Assembly: GCA_951804945.1 (NCBI GenBank)
Contig: OX638154.1
Span: forward strand, 70,122,001 to 70,186,000
DNA: 64,000 bases
Origin: Podarcis cretensis
Lineage: Eukaryota
Direction: 5' to 3'
Shown: piece by piece, positions 26,628 through 40,969 of the stretch
Numbering within the stretch: position 1 is the first letter of the stretch
How the letters are laid out: each line of letters opens with the position of its first letter
Program-made: the position numbers and the translations under genes
The notes under the pieces: model-generated
The model's input: only the letters and a program-made list of their open reading frames with translations
What the model was told of the DNA's origin: nothing
Databases searched by the model: none

Positions 26628-27459
26628 GTAGGCATTCTTTATTATCTCTGTTTCTTTAAATACTAAGTTATTTTAATAGAGTGCTTGCTAATGAAACTAG
26701 CCTTCAGTATTTTGGCAATTAAAGTACCTGTCTTGTAATGAAATGAAACACAAAAATGGATTTAAAATTGTACCTGTGCCATCTTGCTCCATAGCAACAC
26801 ACCCAATGGTAAGTTTCAGCTCCACATTACTAGGTTCAAGACAATCTATCCATTTGGAATAAGAAGCATGTTAGCATTGGTGTTTTTATCTGATTTTAGT
26901 CCTGAGTACAATATTTTTAAAAACTTAAAAACTGTTTTCTGCCTGTGGCTGGGAAAGATGTGGTTTGAAGAACCTGATGCAGTTAGGTGCAGTAGTTCTC
27001 AGCGTGGATGCTGCAAAGGTTTGCATTTTCCAAGTCTGCAGTTTGAGCCTGAAAAGAGGATTAGCCTCTATCTTTGTAACATGCTATAACATCCCATAAT
27101 TTCCCATTGGTGGAGCAAATGCAAGTCAGTGTATTCAATTTGAGAATAGCTATGGCTACTTAAAAGACTGCATCGTTATGTAAGCTGCCAACGAGTAGTC
27201 ATTTGGGAACTTGTATCACTGAGGAAATGTCTCCAGTATGCAGAACCGCGGGTGCACATACAGAGGATGTAGCTTTTGAATACTGTTTTGGCAGTGGAAT
27301 TAGGAAAAGATCCACACGCACACCCTTGTAAGCTCACTAAAAACAATTTGCTTTCCCGGAATGTTATTTTGGTTGTAGTCTCCAACAAAGCTGCTTTTAG
27401 TTACCTATTTTTTCACATGTTCTTACTGGATATCTCTCTTAGGCTGTTACAAACTTTTA

Positions 27460-27685
27460 CAGTGGTACCTCAGGTTACATACGCTTCAGGTTACAGACTC
27501 CGCTAACCCAGAAATAGTGCTTCAGGTTAAGAACTTTGCTTCAGGATGAGAACAGAAATTGTGCTCCAGCGGCACGGCAGCAGCAGGAGGCCCCATTAGC
27601 TAAAGTGGTGCTTCAGGTTAAGAACAGTTTCAGGTTAAGTACAGACCTCCGGAATGAATTAAGTACTTAACCTGAGGTACCACTG
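27460..27685. mobile_element. Tc1/mariner (Tigger/pogo-like) MITE family B, copy 1 (226 bp)
   Basis: TA|cagtggtacctcaggtta ... taacctgaggtaccactg|TA perfect 18-bp TIR; repeated cttcaggtta motif inside. Confidence 0.9.
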
Positions 27686-28636
27686 TATTACTTTCATTGC
27701 GGGAGACTGAAGGCTGACTGCACGGTAGGAATACAGAAATATTCTATAATACTTCTATGTGATAATACTATATGGTCTCTATGAGGTTGTAATGTAGAAG
27801 CACTATGTAAATGTGCTATGTTGCCACATAACAAACATGTCACAGGACCATATAATCATACGGTAGGAATGCAGACATGCTCTATAAATGCCAGAAGCTG
27901 ATTCTTACTAACATTAATATGATTGAAATGCTTGTTTGAAGCATTTAATTCATATTAATGTTAGTAAGAATATACCTAATGAATTCCATTGGTGTGTAGT
28001 CCTGTGACTGTTGGAAGGATGTTCTGTGGGCCATGGGATATCTCAGTTATCATCCCTCAGTTAGAGAGACAGAACTCCCAATGCTGTAGACAGAAATCTG
28101 ATGTCAGATTTCTTGTTCCCAACTAAAGGTGCTAGCACCCTGGCCCAAACATCAGATATGATAAAAAAGAGCTGGGCCAGAGACATGCCAAGAGAGAACT
28201 AAGAAACAGCTGGTGCCTGAAGGATCCCAAGCCATTCTGGTCCCTTGATGCACTCCCAAACTAGGAAGAAATTTAGACACACTTTCGAACGGTGTCTAAA
28301 TCTCTCTCATTTCTGTCCCATTGTTTCAGTGGGAAGAGGAAAGCATTAACGTTTTTTTTAAAAAAAAATGAAATAAAATAAATAAAACACAGGAAACGGA
28401 CAGAGGAATGCAATACCATTCCTACACTCCCTGATGACTCAAATCATGCAGTGTTTGGGATATGGTGGTTGAACCTTTGGTTTTTTGCTCCCTCCCCACA
28501 TTAGGAATGCATCATTAGAAATTCTTGTTAAAAAAAAAGTTTAAGACTATGAGAACATTCATGCATATATTTTTTTAACAGTGGGGGAAATGGCTCCATT
28601 TTTGTCATATTTTAATAGTTAGCTTGCTGATGTGTA

Positions 28637-28878
28637 CAGTGGTACCTCGGGTTACATATGCTTCAGGTTACATACACTTCAGGTTACAGACTCCACTAAC
28701 CCAGAAATAGTGCTTCAGGTTAAGAACTTTGCTTCAGGATGAGAACAGAAATCGTGCTCTGGCAGCACAGCAGCAGCAGGAGGCCCCATTAGCTAAAGTG
28801 GTGCTTCAGGTTAAGAACAGTTTCAGGTTAAGAACAGACCGCCGGAACGAATTAAGTACTTAACCTGAGGTACCACTG
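28637..28878. mobile_element. MITE family B, copy 2 (242 bp), same orientation as copy 1
   Basis: TA|cagtggtacctcgggtta ... taacctgaggtaccactg|TA; near-identical to 27460-27685 plus one extra 16-bp cttcaggttacata-type unit. Confidence 0.9.
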
Positions 28879-30843
28879 TATATCCAGTGCCTTTGTAAAG
28901 TTAAAGGATTTTAATACTTTAATATGTGATTTTGAGATTACGGTGAGAATTTTTCTAATTCATTTGAGATGAATTAATTGGATTTCAAAGGTACGGATTG
29001 TGAGGATGTGAGCTTTAGAGTTCATCTCAAATTTTGCCCTCCATCTTCCATGAGCAAAACTGAACTGTCAGTCATTAAGGAAAAGAAAATCAACTAAAGC
29101 ACTTCTGCGATCATCATTTATGCAGTCAGAGTTTATACAGGCTGCTTAGAGCAATGGGATATTTGAAAATGAAGGCATGAAGGTAGTATTTCTGGGCCTT
29201 TCTGCTTTGGGGAAAGGAAGTTGCCCTAACATGAAGTGCTTAATGATGTCATGGGGTCAGTGCCTCTGCAGCAGAAGTCATGGCCTCTTCTGTTGGAATG
29301 CCTAATTTGGGGCCATTACGGAAAACTCAGCAATCTTTGCCACTTCACTTGTGATGGGAGCAGTAATGATATGTTGACCTACTCAATGAGAGTCTTTCAT
29401 CTCTCTGCCTTGTCAGCGCCTGACTGCATCATAGCTTCCTACCCCAAAAATGGTTCAAACACTGTAGACTGTCTCGCCTTTTGTGTGAAACAAGTCCTTT
29501 GTCACATCCATCTGACTTGCCCTCCTGAGCTTAGATGTTATTTTCACTCCCAAGGCCGAATGGCATTCTTGACCCCAAACATGTGCGTTTTCCTGAGATA
29601 GAACAAGAGGTATTCCTTGTGTTCGCCATATTTCAGTGGCTGTGGCGTTGCCAGAACTTCCCCTCACCTTAGCCCTCTTATGGGTTCTAAAAGATGAGAC
29701 GAACCTTCATAGATACCAAAGTTTCCCTGCTCCACAAGTTCCACTTTCCACAAGTTGAAAGGCAGCAGGAATGACAACAGCAGATGAGGCTAACACTTTG
29801 TCCCCACTAAACTCCCTCCCGTGTTTATTGAACTCTTAAATGTCATGTCTGAAGAGGCTCCTTGATTTTTCCATTTCTGCAGTGCTGAAACTGTACTATA
29901 ACACGATTTTGCAATCCCCTCCCAGCATGCAATATCCATCAGTCTTCATGCATACCTTCATGGAATATAAAATGCTGTTTCCAAACCAGTCCTTTTAGGG
30001 GCTAAGGTATTTCTGTTAGGTACGGCACACTGGCGTGCTTCTGCATTGCATCATTTTGAGGATCTTACTGTCTTTGATTTTACAGCAGCTGACTGTGGGA
30101 TTGGTTTGTTCTCTCTTGCATTTTGCTTCAGCTTGCTTTGTGATGACAAGGAGACAATGTGGCCACAGTCTAGCAAGGTCCTCTGTGTGTATTTACTGCG
30201 CCCACACACCAGATGCGGTTTTATTTGCTGGGTTTGCAGCACACCTTTTCAACACGTGCCAATGTGTTAGATACATGAGACGATCCAGTTGCAAACTTCA
30301 TTAGCGTTCTTTCCCAGCTTCCCCCTTCCCCTTAAATCAACCTATATCTATATAGCTGGTGAATAAACTATCACCAGGATAGCTTGCAGTGAACTCCAGA
30401 CCCACACTGAGTAATGCTCGCTTATCCCCCCCCCCCCCAAACTTTTCTAGTTTTGACGAATCAGGTTTTGGGGCAGATGGAGAGGCGATGATTTTACAGG
30501 AACGAAAGTTCAATTTCCCTTGCATCTGAAGAACTAGTTAAATAGTTCTTTGGATCTCATCCTGTACATTTCTCAAATATGACTGAAAGTTTTCCTTCTG
30601 AATTTACTGATAGCTGCTGACCTACTTGCCAACATTTTCAGATTTGAGAAAAGTATATTTGTAGGGTATTCCTATCCAAAGCTTCTCAGAGATAAGTTCC
30701 ACTCAGTTCAATTAGAGCTTCTTCCCTTGAAACATGTATCAAAGTTTGCTTCCAAGGTCATTATCCTATCATCACCTAATTTTTTGTCTGTTTTGTTCTA
30801 CTGATTTGCAACTGATATCCTGCTAAATTTATTGCCAATGAAT

Positions 30844-31052
30844 TATCATTTATTTCATAAAATTTATGTACCACTTGATTGTAGAAAAAACAACAACCAG
30901 TAAAGCAGTTTACAAAAAGATAAAACAATAAAATAATCACTAAAAAATGATAACCATAATTTAAAACATGCATAAAGTTAAAACCACAATAGAATAGACT
31001 AAAACAAATAAAAACTCACACAGACTTTTTAAACATCTGGGTAGAATTGCCT
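30844..31052 (-). mobile_element. LINE 3' end fragment (L2-like), antisense
   Basis: tttatttcataaaatttatgtaccac...aaagcagtttacaaa followed by a strongly A-rich tract; same layout as 13632-13935. Confidence 0.4.
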
Positions 31053-34000
31053 ATTGATATCAGGCAGCTGCTTTCACTGAATTCTTCTTGGTTCCTGCCT
31101 GATATCAATAAACGATCAAGTTCTTATCGATATGGTATGGGTATTAAGTAGCACCTGTAAAACTGCCAGTGGGCACATATGGGGTAAGGCAAATTCAAAA
31201 GTTACGAAAGGATTTCCAGCCAGTGTGTGCCATAATTATCCATTTAGGTGTGATCTGGCACTTCTAGGGGGGGTACATAGCCAGAAAGTGCAGCCAGAAC
31301 GGTGGTGGGAAGCTGAACGGGTTGGCTGATCAGCTGCAATCTTCTTGTGACATATCTGTAAGGGCTGCTCTAGCTGTGCTTATTGTTTTCATGTGAGAAA
31401 CAATGCTGTCCCTCCTTAAACAGGAATGATGTTGCGTGAAAGTGCTCCTTGCCAACACTCTTCATACCAGAATGCAAATGGGAACTTTATAATCCAAACA
31501 AGAGTTATTCTGTCTCTCTTCTAATCTACAGCGCAGGCTGGTCGCAGCTATGGCATTTGGTGTGCTAGACACCATTGCAAAACTACAGGTCCTGGCCACT
31601 TGCGGGGAAGATAATGCTTTCTGGGAGCATCTCTACAGCGAGTTTGGGGCCATTTTCAATTTATTGAATAGTTAGATACATTAAAATAAAGAAGTCCTGG
31701 ATTCTCATCTCTTTCCAAGGGCATGTCCCACCTGCAAGCCTTTCTCCTTTTCTACAATTCCAAGTCTGCTTGGATGACTGTGGTGCCACCTTTAGGGAAA
31801 GAAGTGTGGACTTCGCCACTCCACTCCACTCAGCCTTTGAATGGTGAATAAATGTTGAACTGTTGCCGTTTCTCATTCCAAGCAAATACGCAGAGCTTTT
31901 AGGAAACGATTTTGCAAAAAGGGCACCCCCCCCCCAAATTACTTAAAAAGAAAGATGCAGATCGTTTTTCAGACAAAGCAGATGTGTCTCAGTATTGATT
32001 TTAATAGCCACATGGGTGGCACTGGAACAGCTGCATCTAGTGTAGTGGATGAAATTATATGCTCTTGTGATTCTAACCTCATAACTGGACCTCAGAAAGG
32101 AGCCATCGTGATCCCTTTTAGTGATGTTAAGCTGTAGGGCACAAGTGTAGCTTAAAATGAGATAGAAGCTGTCAAAAGTAAGAGGATCTGTGAGAGTATT
32201 AATTGCACTATTGTTGGTACAGATTTCTGTCGTCAGGAATGTCTTAATTAAGCACATGGTGTCACTGAATGTCTAAGATCTTAGTAATAAGGAAAAGCTT
32301 CCTAGATTCTTCTCACAACACCCCAAGATCTGAATCAGTTGTGGCTTCTTGACACTTTTCTTTTCTTTCTTTTTTCTCTTTTTTTTTTTTTTTTTTGCAA
32401 GTGCTTGTGACACTTTTGACAAACGTTAATTGAGAAAGCATCAAAAGCCTGGCTGCATTATAATCAGAATAAAATTACCGAGGTTTCACACAATGTCAGG
32501 AGAGAACTTGCAGAGAAGATAGACAGATCTGGAAAGGTTTTTCCAGAAGCTAGGCTGAAAAAACAGCTCAGCAGAATCGTGCACAGGCAGCACTCACTCA
32601 GACTAGGGGGAAGAAAAACCCCCATGAGGCTCAAGATGTTTTTGGTTTGAGATAGAAAATAACCAGAAAAACTATGATTTGCACTCAGCTAGAAAGAGGG
32701 AACAGCTATGAACAATCACGGTAAAATACCCAGGTTTGTATTAATTATTACTAGCTAGAGCAGAGGTTCTTAGACTGCATTCCACAAGTTCTGCTCAAGA
32801 CGCTCCACAGAAAGATTGTGGAACAGAGAAGAGTACTTGGCTCTGCATTTGATTTAGGGTTTTTTCTCCTGATGATGGAAGTCAAACTTGTTTTGACCAG
32901 GGACTGCTGGATTTAATGAACAATCTAATGAGGACCTGGTTCCAGGCCCTTGATTTTCATAGTATCACACTGTTTTTGATTATCATGCCAAATAAAAATA
33001 TGCGCCTCCTTCGATTTCATCCAGAAGTTAAAAATGCAAGTTTTCTGAATTAGCATCACCCTACAGCTTTACATACATTGGGCTAAGGTAGCTTGGCCTA
33101 GGTCCTATTGAAAGTGTGATAAGTTAGTCTTAAGTTATTTTCAGTGGGGTTGAAGTATAGCTACAATCCCAACTCCACTTACCCAGGAGTAAGCACCATT
33201 GCGTTCACTAGGACTTAATTCTGAGTGGACATGGCCAGGACAGCAGTGTTGGTGTGGCTCCATCCCATAGTTCCAACTGGTCACATTTTGTCAGCTGTGC
33301 CTGTGTGGTTTTCATTGGATGAATTTGGTTGATTGTGTGTTGTTTTCTATTGGTTATAGTTTGACACCTGTTTGGAAGGGGAATTAATGCTGGCTTCCAT
33401 GCAGTATTTGATGTAAATAGAAATTTGTAGCTATTAAGGAATGAAAAACAAAATTGTATTCATATTTATGCAAGCCTGACCCCCCACTGGTTGCACCACA
33501 GCATGTAAGCGGACAAATAACAGGCTCCACATCCATCCACTTTGCTCACAAAAACAGGAATATCCATTATATTAGAAAGGAAAGACAATGGTTATTAAAA
33601 TGCTAGTTATGTATGTACTTTGATTTATAGGAAAACAGCAGCAGTGGCGGAAAAAAGGTTATTAAGTAGTCTGCCAAGACCCCAAGCAATTTTTAAGTGA
33701 CCCAGGGAAAAAAAGTTTGAGAACCATTCTAGAATATACATAAAATATACGAAACTAATGAGTTCCACATACAACACATTCAATCATAAATTCTTACAGA
33801 CATTTTAGCCTCTCATGTTGGCATCCATTGTCCTGAAAATAAAAAATAAATAAATCCACACTGAAAGATTTGTGCTTCAGTTTTCTGTGAAATATGTTTC
33901 CCTCAAATAGTATATGGAGATGATGGGATGATTAGAGCTTTTGACCACTGTAGGAGTGCAGGAAGATTTATGTTAGGCTTTTATTTTGTCAGAACCCTTG

Positions 34001-36313
34001 TCCCTACTCTGAAAGAACTGGAAACTCCATCTCTTTTAAAAGAAAGAAACATTCTTTTCAAGTTCTTTGAAAAGACAGCCTGGTGCCTCTCTCCTTGTTT
34101 GCATTTTGTGGTTAAATTCAATTTACATTCAAGAATATATGTTTTTGATAAGTTCTAGCCTAAAGACAGAAGAGGTTTAAATCGCTTTTTTAAAAAAAGA
34201 AAGAAAGAAAGCATAAGCCTTTAGGAAATAAGTGTCAAAGGGAAAATTTTAAACCTGAAAAGTGTCAGATCCAGTTGCTTCCAGAAGGCCTGACATGGAA
34301 AGGAGTGAATACCTGTCACAGTTTGTAAATTCCTCCAGGCAGGGACCTGTCTCTTCTTTGTTTGTAAAAGTGGCAGGCACACCTGTGGAGATGATGGAAT
34401 AAAAAACCCTAAGTAATGAATTGTGTTGCTCCACTAGCCAATGTTGCTTTGAATTTCGCTGTAGCCAGCGGCACTCTAATACCCCAATGAACAGGCGGGC
34501 TTGCCAACTCTACCTTTTTTTGGAAAGAGATTACCTTGCCACTTTTGAATTTTGAATGTACCCTTTGATGGTTGGCCTTTTTTGTTTTGTTTTGTTTTCC
34601 TTTTCATTTTTTCTCTCTCTCTAGTTTTCCTGGAAACCGTTATTTACAATTACGACAAGCTTTTCAAGAGCAGAGATGGATCAAATCAGAGACCTGTCCC
34701 TGCAAATTATGATAAGCAGAGCTTAATTTCACATGGGGAAACCCAGGTTTCTCAAAGTGCCTGCTTTTCCAGCTGTTTCATATGTTTATACACATAAAGT
34801 GGACCTGTATAGCCACCATGTTGAGAGCAGCATGCACACTCCCAAATAATGGCCTAAATTCCCATGTCTACCTAGAACTTTAAGAACTGTACTGAGGGAT
34901 TGTGCTTTAAGGACTTGGTGGTCCTGGTATCATGTTCTGCCAGACAGTCTGGCAAAAATGCAACTTTAGGAGGCAGTTTAACAAGGATATAGCCTTCACA
35001 TTCATCCTTACTGTTCATCCCCAGTGTTTGGAGAAGCGCACTCTGGACATATCTGCACGATTCTTCCCCTAGATCAGTGTTTCACAAACTTGCATCTCCG
35101 TTGATAGACTACAACTCCCATCACACCTAGCTAACAGTGGTGAGAGATTATAGATTATAGCATCTGACAGAAGTGGCTTCACCAACTAAGGGAGCAGGCT
35201 CAGCTGCCTCAAGAGTGGAGTTTAACTGGATTCTAACAACTCTCAGGCAGCAGCGAATATCCTCTTCTTGAGCAAGCTGTTCAAGCGAGTAGATGCCCAG
35301 GATATCTTGGATAAAACTGATTGTCTGGATCCATTTCCATGCCCAGTTTTGGCACAAAAGCTGCCCTGGTCGCACTGATGAGTAGCATGCACTTATAGAT
35401 GCTGGTAATCAATCCTTCTGGATCTCTCAATAGCTTTGTGTACTATTGACCATGGTAATCTTCTAGACTGCCTGGACTACAGTGTTTTGGTGGTTCCTTC
35501 CCTGGAAGGGCCAGTTTCAGAGGGTGGTACAGAGAGGAACCATTCTTCACAACTTTGGCATTAATACTATAGAATGCTGCTGGGTTCTATTTTCTCCCTT
35601 TTTAAAAACACGTTCTTGAAATTGTTGAATGAAGTCATTTGGAGCTGAGTGCAATCGGAAGCTGTTTATGTCTATTGCTATCTTACTTTTACACCAGGAA
35701 TTGCTACATTAGGGCTTGAGATCAGTAGTGGACTAGGAAAGAGCTCAATTCTGATAAGGTGTACTTTTCAGGAAAGTGGTGTTCAACTTGTTCTGAACCA
35801 AACTGTACTCCTCCAAAAAGGGCAGGTTTATAGTTCAGGGTATGTATGCTCATACATACAACCTTGTCAGCTGAGACCCAAGCAGTATCAACAAAGGCTG
35901 GTACACCCATTGTGAAATCCCTTCTTGGACAGATAGCTCAGCCACCACAGTTAGAAAGGTCCTCCTTCTCTCTAAGCGTGACTATTTCAACAATTGTATT
36001 TGGGGCTGCAAGAAAACATAGACTAAAATACAAAGTCAAGGATGCTCATTTGTACCTGTCATTGGGAACACATTGTGCCATTATTTAGAGAGTTCCACTG
36101 CTACCAGATCATTTCCAACTACAACAGAAAGCATAAGCACTTACAAAACCTCTGCAGCTTGGGACTGGGATAACTGATAGAATGATTCTTTTATGTCAAC
36201 CAGTTTATGTAGTAAGATAATATTCAATAGCTGATTTCCAGATATTTTGCTGGTAAGTGGCTGGTAAGAATGAGGGGAACCTTCTCTGGGAGTGTGTGTG
36301 TTTGTGTATTTAT

Positions 36314-36473
36314 GGAGCCTTGGTTCAGTGGAAGAGCACATGCTTTTATATGCAAAAGGTCTTGGGTCTCAGGACTGGAAAAGACTGCTGTCTGAAACCC
36401 AACAGGCTGCTAAAGAATGCAGGCATAACTACATTGAACAATGATCGGAATCTATAAGGCAGCTTCCTATGTT
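36314..36473 (+). mobile_element. Degenerate tRNA-headed squamate SINE (same family as 42293-42461)
   Basis: ggagccttggttcagtggaagagcacatgc ... tctgaaacc ... tataaggcagcttcctatgtt. Confidence 0.55.
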
Positions 36474-37546
36474 ACACTTGCAGCCTAGTCTGATATCCTT
36501 TGGTATTTTCAGCATTTGAGGGATTTAAAAGCAATGACTTTTCTTCTGCTGTTTTATTGATGGTTGGCGTTTTCTAGCATTTATTGCCCTGTTGTTATTA
36601 TTTTGCTAGTTTTATTCCATAAACCACCATGTAGATTATATACTAAAGGGTGGTACATACATTTAGAAAAAAATATATGATGCAACAGGTTAATACACCC
36701 GACTCCCCTGGAACAGCAAAACACGGTCACTCCTGCCATGTTAAAATGAGTAATAGGACTGAGTGAGCTCATACACAAGGCCACTTGCCACACACAGAGG
36801 CTCCCCCCCATTCAGTCCATTTAAAGTGCAGTTGATGATTCTATGCCTTATTAATTATTGTATATAGAAAGTCTAGTTGTGATAATTATTAGTCCTGAGT
36901 GGAACAGTGTAATCTTCGGCATATACTAGGTTATTTACTCTTGGGAATCTTACGTACAATGGGAATGTTTTGTATGTGAAAAAAACCCTATGTATTTTAA
37001 TTTGAATATTGTCAGCTTGATAGAACTACCAATTACAGAACCCAAACCAGAAGTTTCTTGTTTAAATCCAGTTTTCTTGACATCAATGATTAAGCTGTCT
37101 GTGTACTTGCCATTGGCTTAAATTAGTTCTTTCTTCACACCTGCTCTATCAAAATAGGGAAAGGGGAATGTTTAAAGGCTGAGATGTTGAAACACTAAAA
37201 CAACACATGCATGCGAGGCTTTTTTCTGTTTGGGTCTAATCAGGCATGCTGGAAATCTCTCAAGCAAAAATGACTGCCGGGTGGGAAGATGTTACAGTAA
37301 TTATCTTGCTGTAAGTTGCAGAGTGGATGACATGAAGTTAGGGTGGCTTTTTGTGTGTAAACGGCCTGGTTATTTACAACCTACTTTTTCGTTTTGGAAT
37401 CTGTTCATTTGTTGCTTCCTTGTTTGTTTTGCTTTTCAAATATAGAACTTAGTTTTATAGTGTAGATTCTGCCATGTTTTCTTTGTTTAAAGGTATTCAT
37501 ACACATTTTGTCATACAGAAATAAATCAGTATTAAGGCCTCTAGGG

Positions 37547-37682
37547 CAGGCTTCCTCAAACTCGGCCCTCCAGATGTTTTGAGACTACAATTCCCATCAT
37601 CCCTGACCACTGGTCCTGCTAGCTAGGGATCATGGGAGTTGTAGGCTAAAAACATCAGGAGGGCCGAGTTTGAGGAAGCCTG
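37547..37682. mobile_element. hAT-type (Charlie-like) fold-back MITE, 136 bp
   Basis: 58-bp arms caggcttcctcaaactcggccctcc... with 5 mismatches; 8-bp TSD ctctaggg (37539-37546) / ctgtaggg (37683-37690). Confidence 0.85.
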
Positions 37683-37728
37683 CTGTAGGGATTCGAAGTT
37701 TTTAGAAATATAACTATTTGGTAGATGG

Positions 37729-37730
37729 GT

Positions 37731-37782
<52 letters not shown>
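37729..37782. repeat. Compound microsatellite (GT)n(GA)n
   Basis: Directly visible. Confidence 0.95.
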
Positions 37783-37785
<3 letters not shown>

Positions 37786-38594
37786 TAAGAATATGTGCTG
37801 CCAGCAGTATACTGAGATTGCATTCCTGTCCACACTTACTCTATATTGCACTCCATGAGACTTTTAGTATAAATGCTTAGGATCCTTGGTGTTCCAGCCA
37901 TGGAAAAGCTCCTTCCGTTTGCAGAGGGAATGGGTATCCAGGAAATGGTTCCTGCTGGATGAAGAAGGCAGGTAGATCATTTTCACTGATTAAGAACACA
38001 GGGACACAAGTAGAGCCCTGCTAGATCAGGCTATCCAACATCCTGTTCTGATAGTGACCAGTCAGATACCTTGAGTGTAATAGTGTTCTCCCCACTTGCG
38101 ATTCTCAGTAACTACGATTCCAAGGTTTACCACCCCTAGCACCCCCAGCAGTGGAAGTAGAACATAGCCATCATGATTCCTTCCCACTCATTCCCCACGC
38201 TGTTCCAGAGAGTCCTCCTGAGAAGCATTTAGCAGGGAGCAATGGGGGCTGCAGGGGTAAGGTGGGATTGGTGAAAAAGTCACACTATATCTGTCAAATT
38301 TTTCTAAATTGTGTATTCCACTATCTTGCCAGAAATGGCTCTTTTGGTAGCTAGGTGGCATATCTAGGTGGTATGAAGAGGATGATGATGTTGATGTTAC
38401 TACTGCTACTACCATCGTTGCTGCTGCTCACATATAATTTTTATCATCCAGTCATTTCCCCAGAAAACCTGGTGATTCATTCTCATATATTGAATCAATG
38501 AGACTTTAATTTTATAAGGGAAATACAGGTGTAAATGTTTTCACAACCACTTCTCTGGATACTTCTCTGTGTAACACTGCTTTTCTCTCCCCAG

Positions 38595-38891
38595 TGCCTA
38601 CCACAGCCGAGACCATAACTCCTTCCACAGAGCTGTACAAGACAACTGTGTCAACTACAAGCACCACGCCACAGAAAATTCCAATTAGCACAACATTACC
38701 TGGGGGGAAGGGGGATGAAAGCAAAGGCCCCAAGCCACCGCCAGCAGTATCAACGACCAAAATTCCTCCTGTTACAAGCTTTTTCCCTTTGCCAGAGAGG
38801 TTCTGTGAACTTGAGGTGAAAAGGGATATAACTTGGCCTCAGACTCCAAGAGGAAACATGGTGGAACGCCCCTGTCCCAAAGGAACTCGTG
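38595..38891 (+). CDS. ADGRL2: Exon (297 nt): Ser/Thr/Pro-rich linker and start of HormR domain, (V)PTTAET...FCE...WPQT...[10 protein letters not shown]
   Basis: ctccccag| acceptor and g|gtaaga donor; ORF 38594..38926; HormR Cys/Trp pattern. Confidence 0.95.
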
Positions 38892-39453
38892 GTAAGACCT
38901 TAAAACTGGATTTTCAGCTTAAATAAACATTCTGGTGTCTATATCTTGAACCCTCTTTTCCTTAGCCTCAGACTATCTTTCTTATGATCTTGGCTGCTTG
39001 CAAGGAAATGGCACCTTCAGGTTTTAAGCTGTAGAGGGCATTGGAGCCTAGGTACAGAATTACATTCCAGCCCCTTTTCAAGGATTCCAGATCATAGGTC
39101 TTTGCAACAGACAGGACTTCAGCCACACTTGCTTTCTGCTGTATTTCTCATTATGAACTCCACTTTGGATGGTTTCCAGAAAATGCTAGAGCTTTTTCTT
39201 TTTCTCTCTGTTTATTCAGTATAAAGTCTGATATTTTGTCCTGGCTTTGTTAGCATTGCTTTTAATTGGCATCATTGCCTTTGTTACCTCATTTTCCTAC
39301 AGGCTTCCTTAGTCTCTTTTAAAGCGACTTAAGTACTGAAGCCCTAATCCAGTATTTCTCAGGTGCTTACGAAACATTTTTTAAAAAATGTACACATGCA
39401 CAAACAACTTGAACACTCTTACTTCCATTTCATTTTTCTCATCCTTTATATAG

Positions 39454-39557
39454 GAACAGCTTCATACCTCTGCATGGTTTCCACTGGAAAATGGAACCCG
39501 AATGGTCCTGATCTTAGCAACTGTACTTCACACTGGGTAAACCAGCTGGCTCAGAAG
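39454..39557 (+). CDS. ADGRL2: Exon (104 nt): HormR C-terminal part, (G)[34 protein letters not shown]
   Basis: tatag| acceptor and aag|gtgggt donor; PDLSNC motif; within ORF 39363..39584. Confidence 0.95.
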
Positions 39558-40969
39558 GTGGGTTGGAAAATATTTTTGATATGATACCATGCCCATGATT
39601 ACCAGCACAGATGCTTATGACAAACACTGGGAACGTTGCACGAAACTAAATCAAGTGCCCTGCCATCCCAGGGCTTTAACAGGGATGTCATGATATTGCC
39701 CACTTCAAGGGTTGGGGCAAACACACTTGTGGTTTCACCATGCAAACTGCTGCTTCCGGCTTACTCTGCCTCAAGGCAAACAATGTTGGTTTCAGCCAGG
39801 TGAAAGTTAAAGCAGAGGATGTGGCAGTTATGGGGCTCTCCTTCCAAGACCTACAGTTCCCACATCCTTCACAGGAAATGGTGCTGAACATCATATTTGC
39901 ACCAAGGAAAAGGCTGTCTCCTCTGCTTTGATCTTTGCCTAGCTGGAGCTAAGGGATTTTTCAGCAAAGGGACACAAGCATGGAGACATTAACGGAACAG
40001 CCATTCGTTGAGCACCTGCTCTGTATTTTTGTTTTGTTTAATAAAGGGTGGTCTATAAGTAAAATGAGGGCAATTTTTAAAACACTGTGTTACTAGCAGG
40101 AAATCCCTATGGAAGTTAATATGCATAAGAGAAGGGACAGGATGGACTGTTTCTGTCCTTAGCTATCAGCTCTTGTATCCCATTCTCGTTTCCTAAATAT
40201 TTGAGCTGTACTGTCACATTCTGCCTGCCACATTGACAGCCTCCGTAACTGCTGGGGTGAAAAGCAAATAAAGATATCCTATGTTACACTCCCCACCCCA
40301 CAAAAGAATCTGTGTTTCAGATGGACTGCCCTGTGCTGAAACCCAGCTCTTGGAGATTGCGGGTGGGAGGAAACATCACAAACAAACTGCCTCATTTCCC
40401 ACCGCTTCCTCCAAAGAAGCACAAAGGGGGGGGGGGGGAATCTCAAATGCCTGCGGAGATTGGTTGGTTTTGCTCCCTGCAAATGCAGAGCTCTCCATGC
40501 AGCACTTTATCATCCCACCACGGGATGAATGGTGGCCATTCACTCCTGGAGAAGAAAGCGAAGGCACTTGGGAAAAGGGGGCTCATTCCTTAGCCCTGCA
40601 GATCCTGGTGATTAAGAATCAAGTCTCCTACTATTTCTGTAGCCCCATTCTGCATAGAATTTGTTGGTCACACTGAAAATGTGATGGAGCATTGAAAGAG
40701 TAGAATGGAATGCTTGGAATTGACATGATAGATAGATAGATAGATCACCATCAATGCATATAGCACTTTACTAAATCTAAGCAGTGTTGCATATTATCTC
40801 TCATTTTTTGTGGGTGTAGGGCAGTTGTTGTTTTTTAAGGACAAAAGAACTTTGAAAGATAAAAAAAGATGTAACAAAAAATAACCCACCTTTCTATTTA
40901 GAAATAAAGTGTTCTAAGAGTTAAGTGGCAGCGGGGGCATCACTAAAATAATTTAAATTGTCATTTCAG

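Noticed and set aside
27722-27887. Imperfect 28-bp direct repeat (acggtaggaat.caga.at..tctataa) spaced about 138 bp apart
   Set aside because: Only two diverged copies with no TIR or LTR hallmarks; consistent with an old local duplication.
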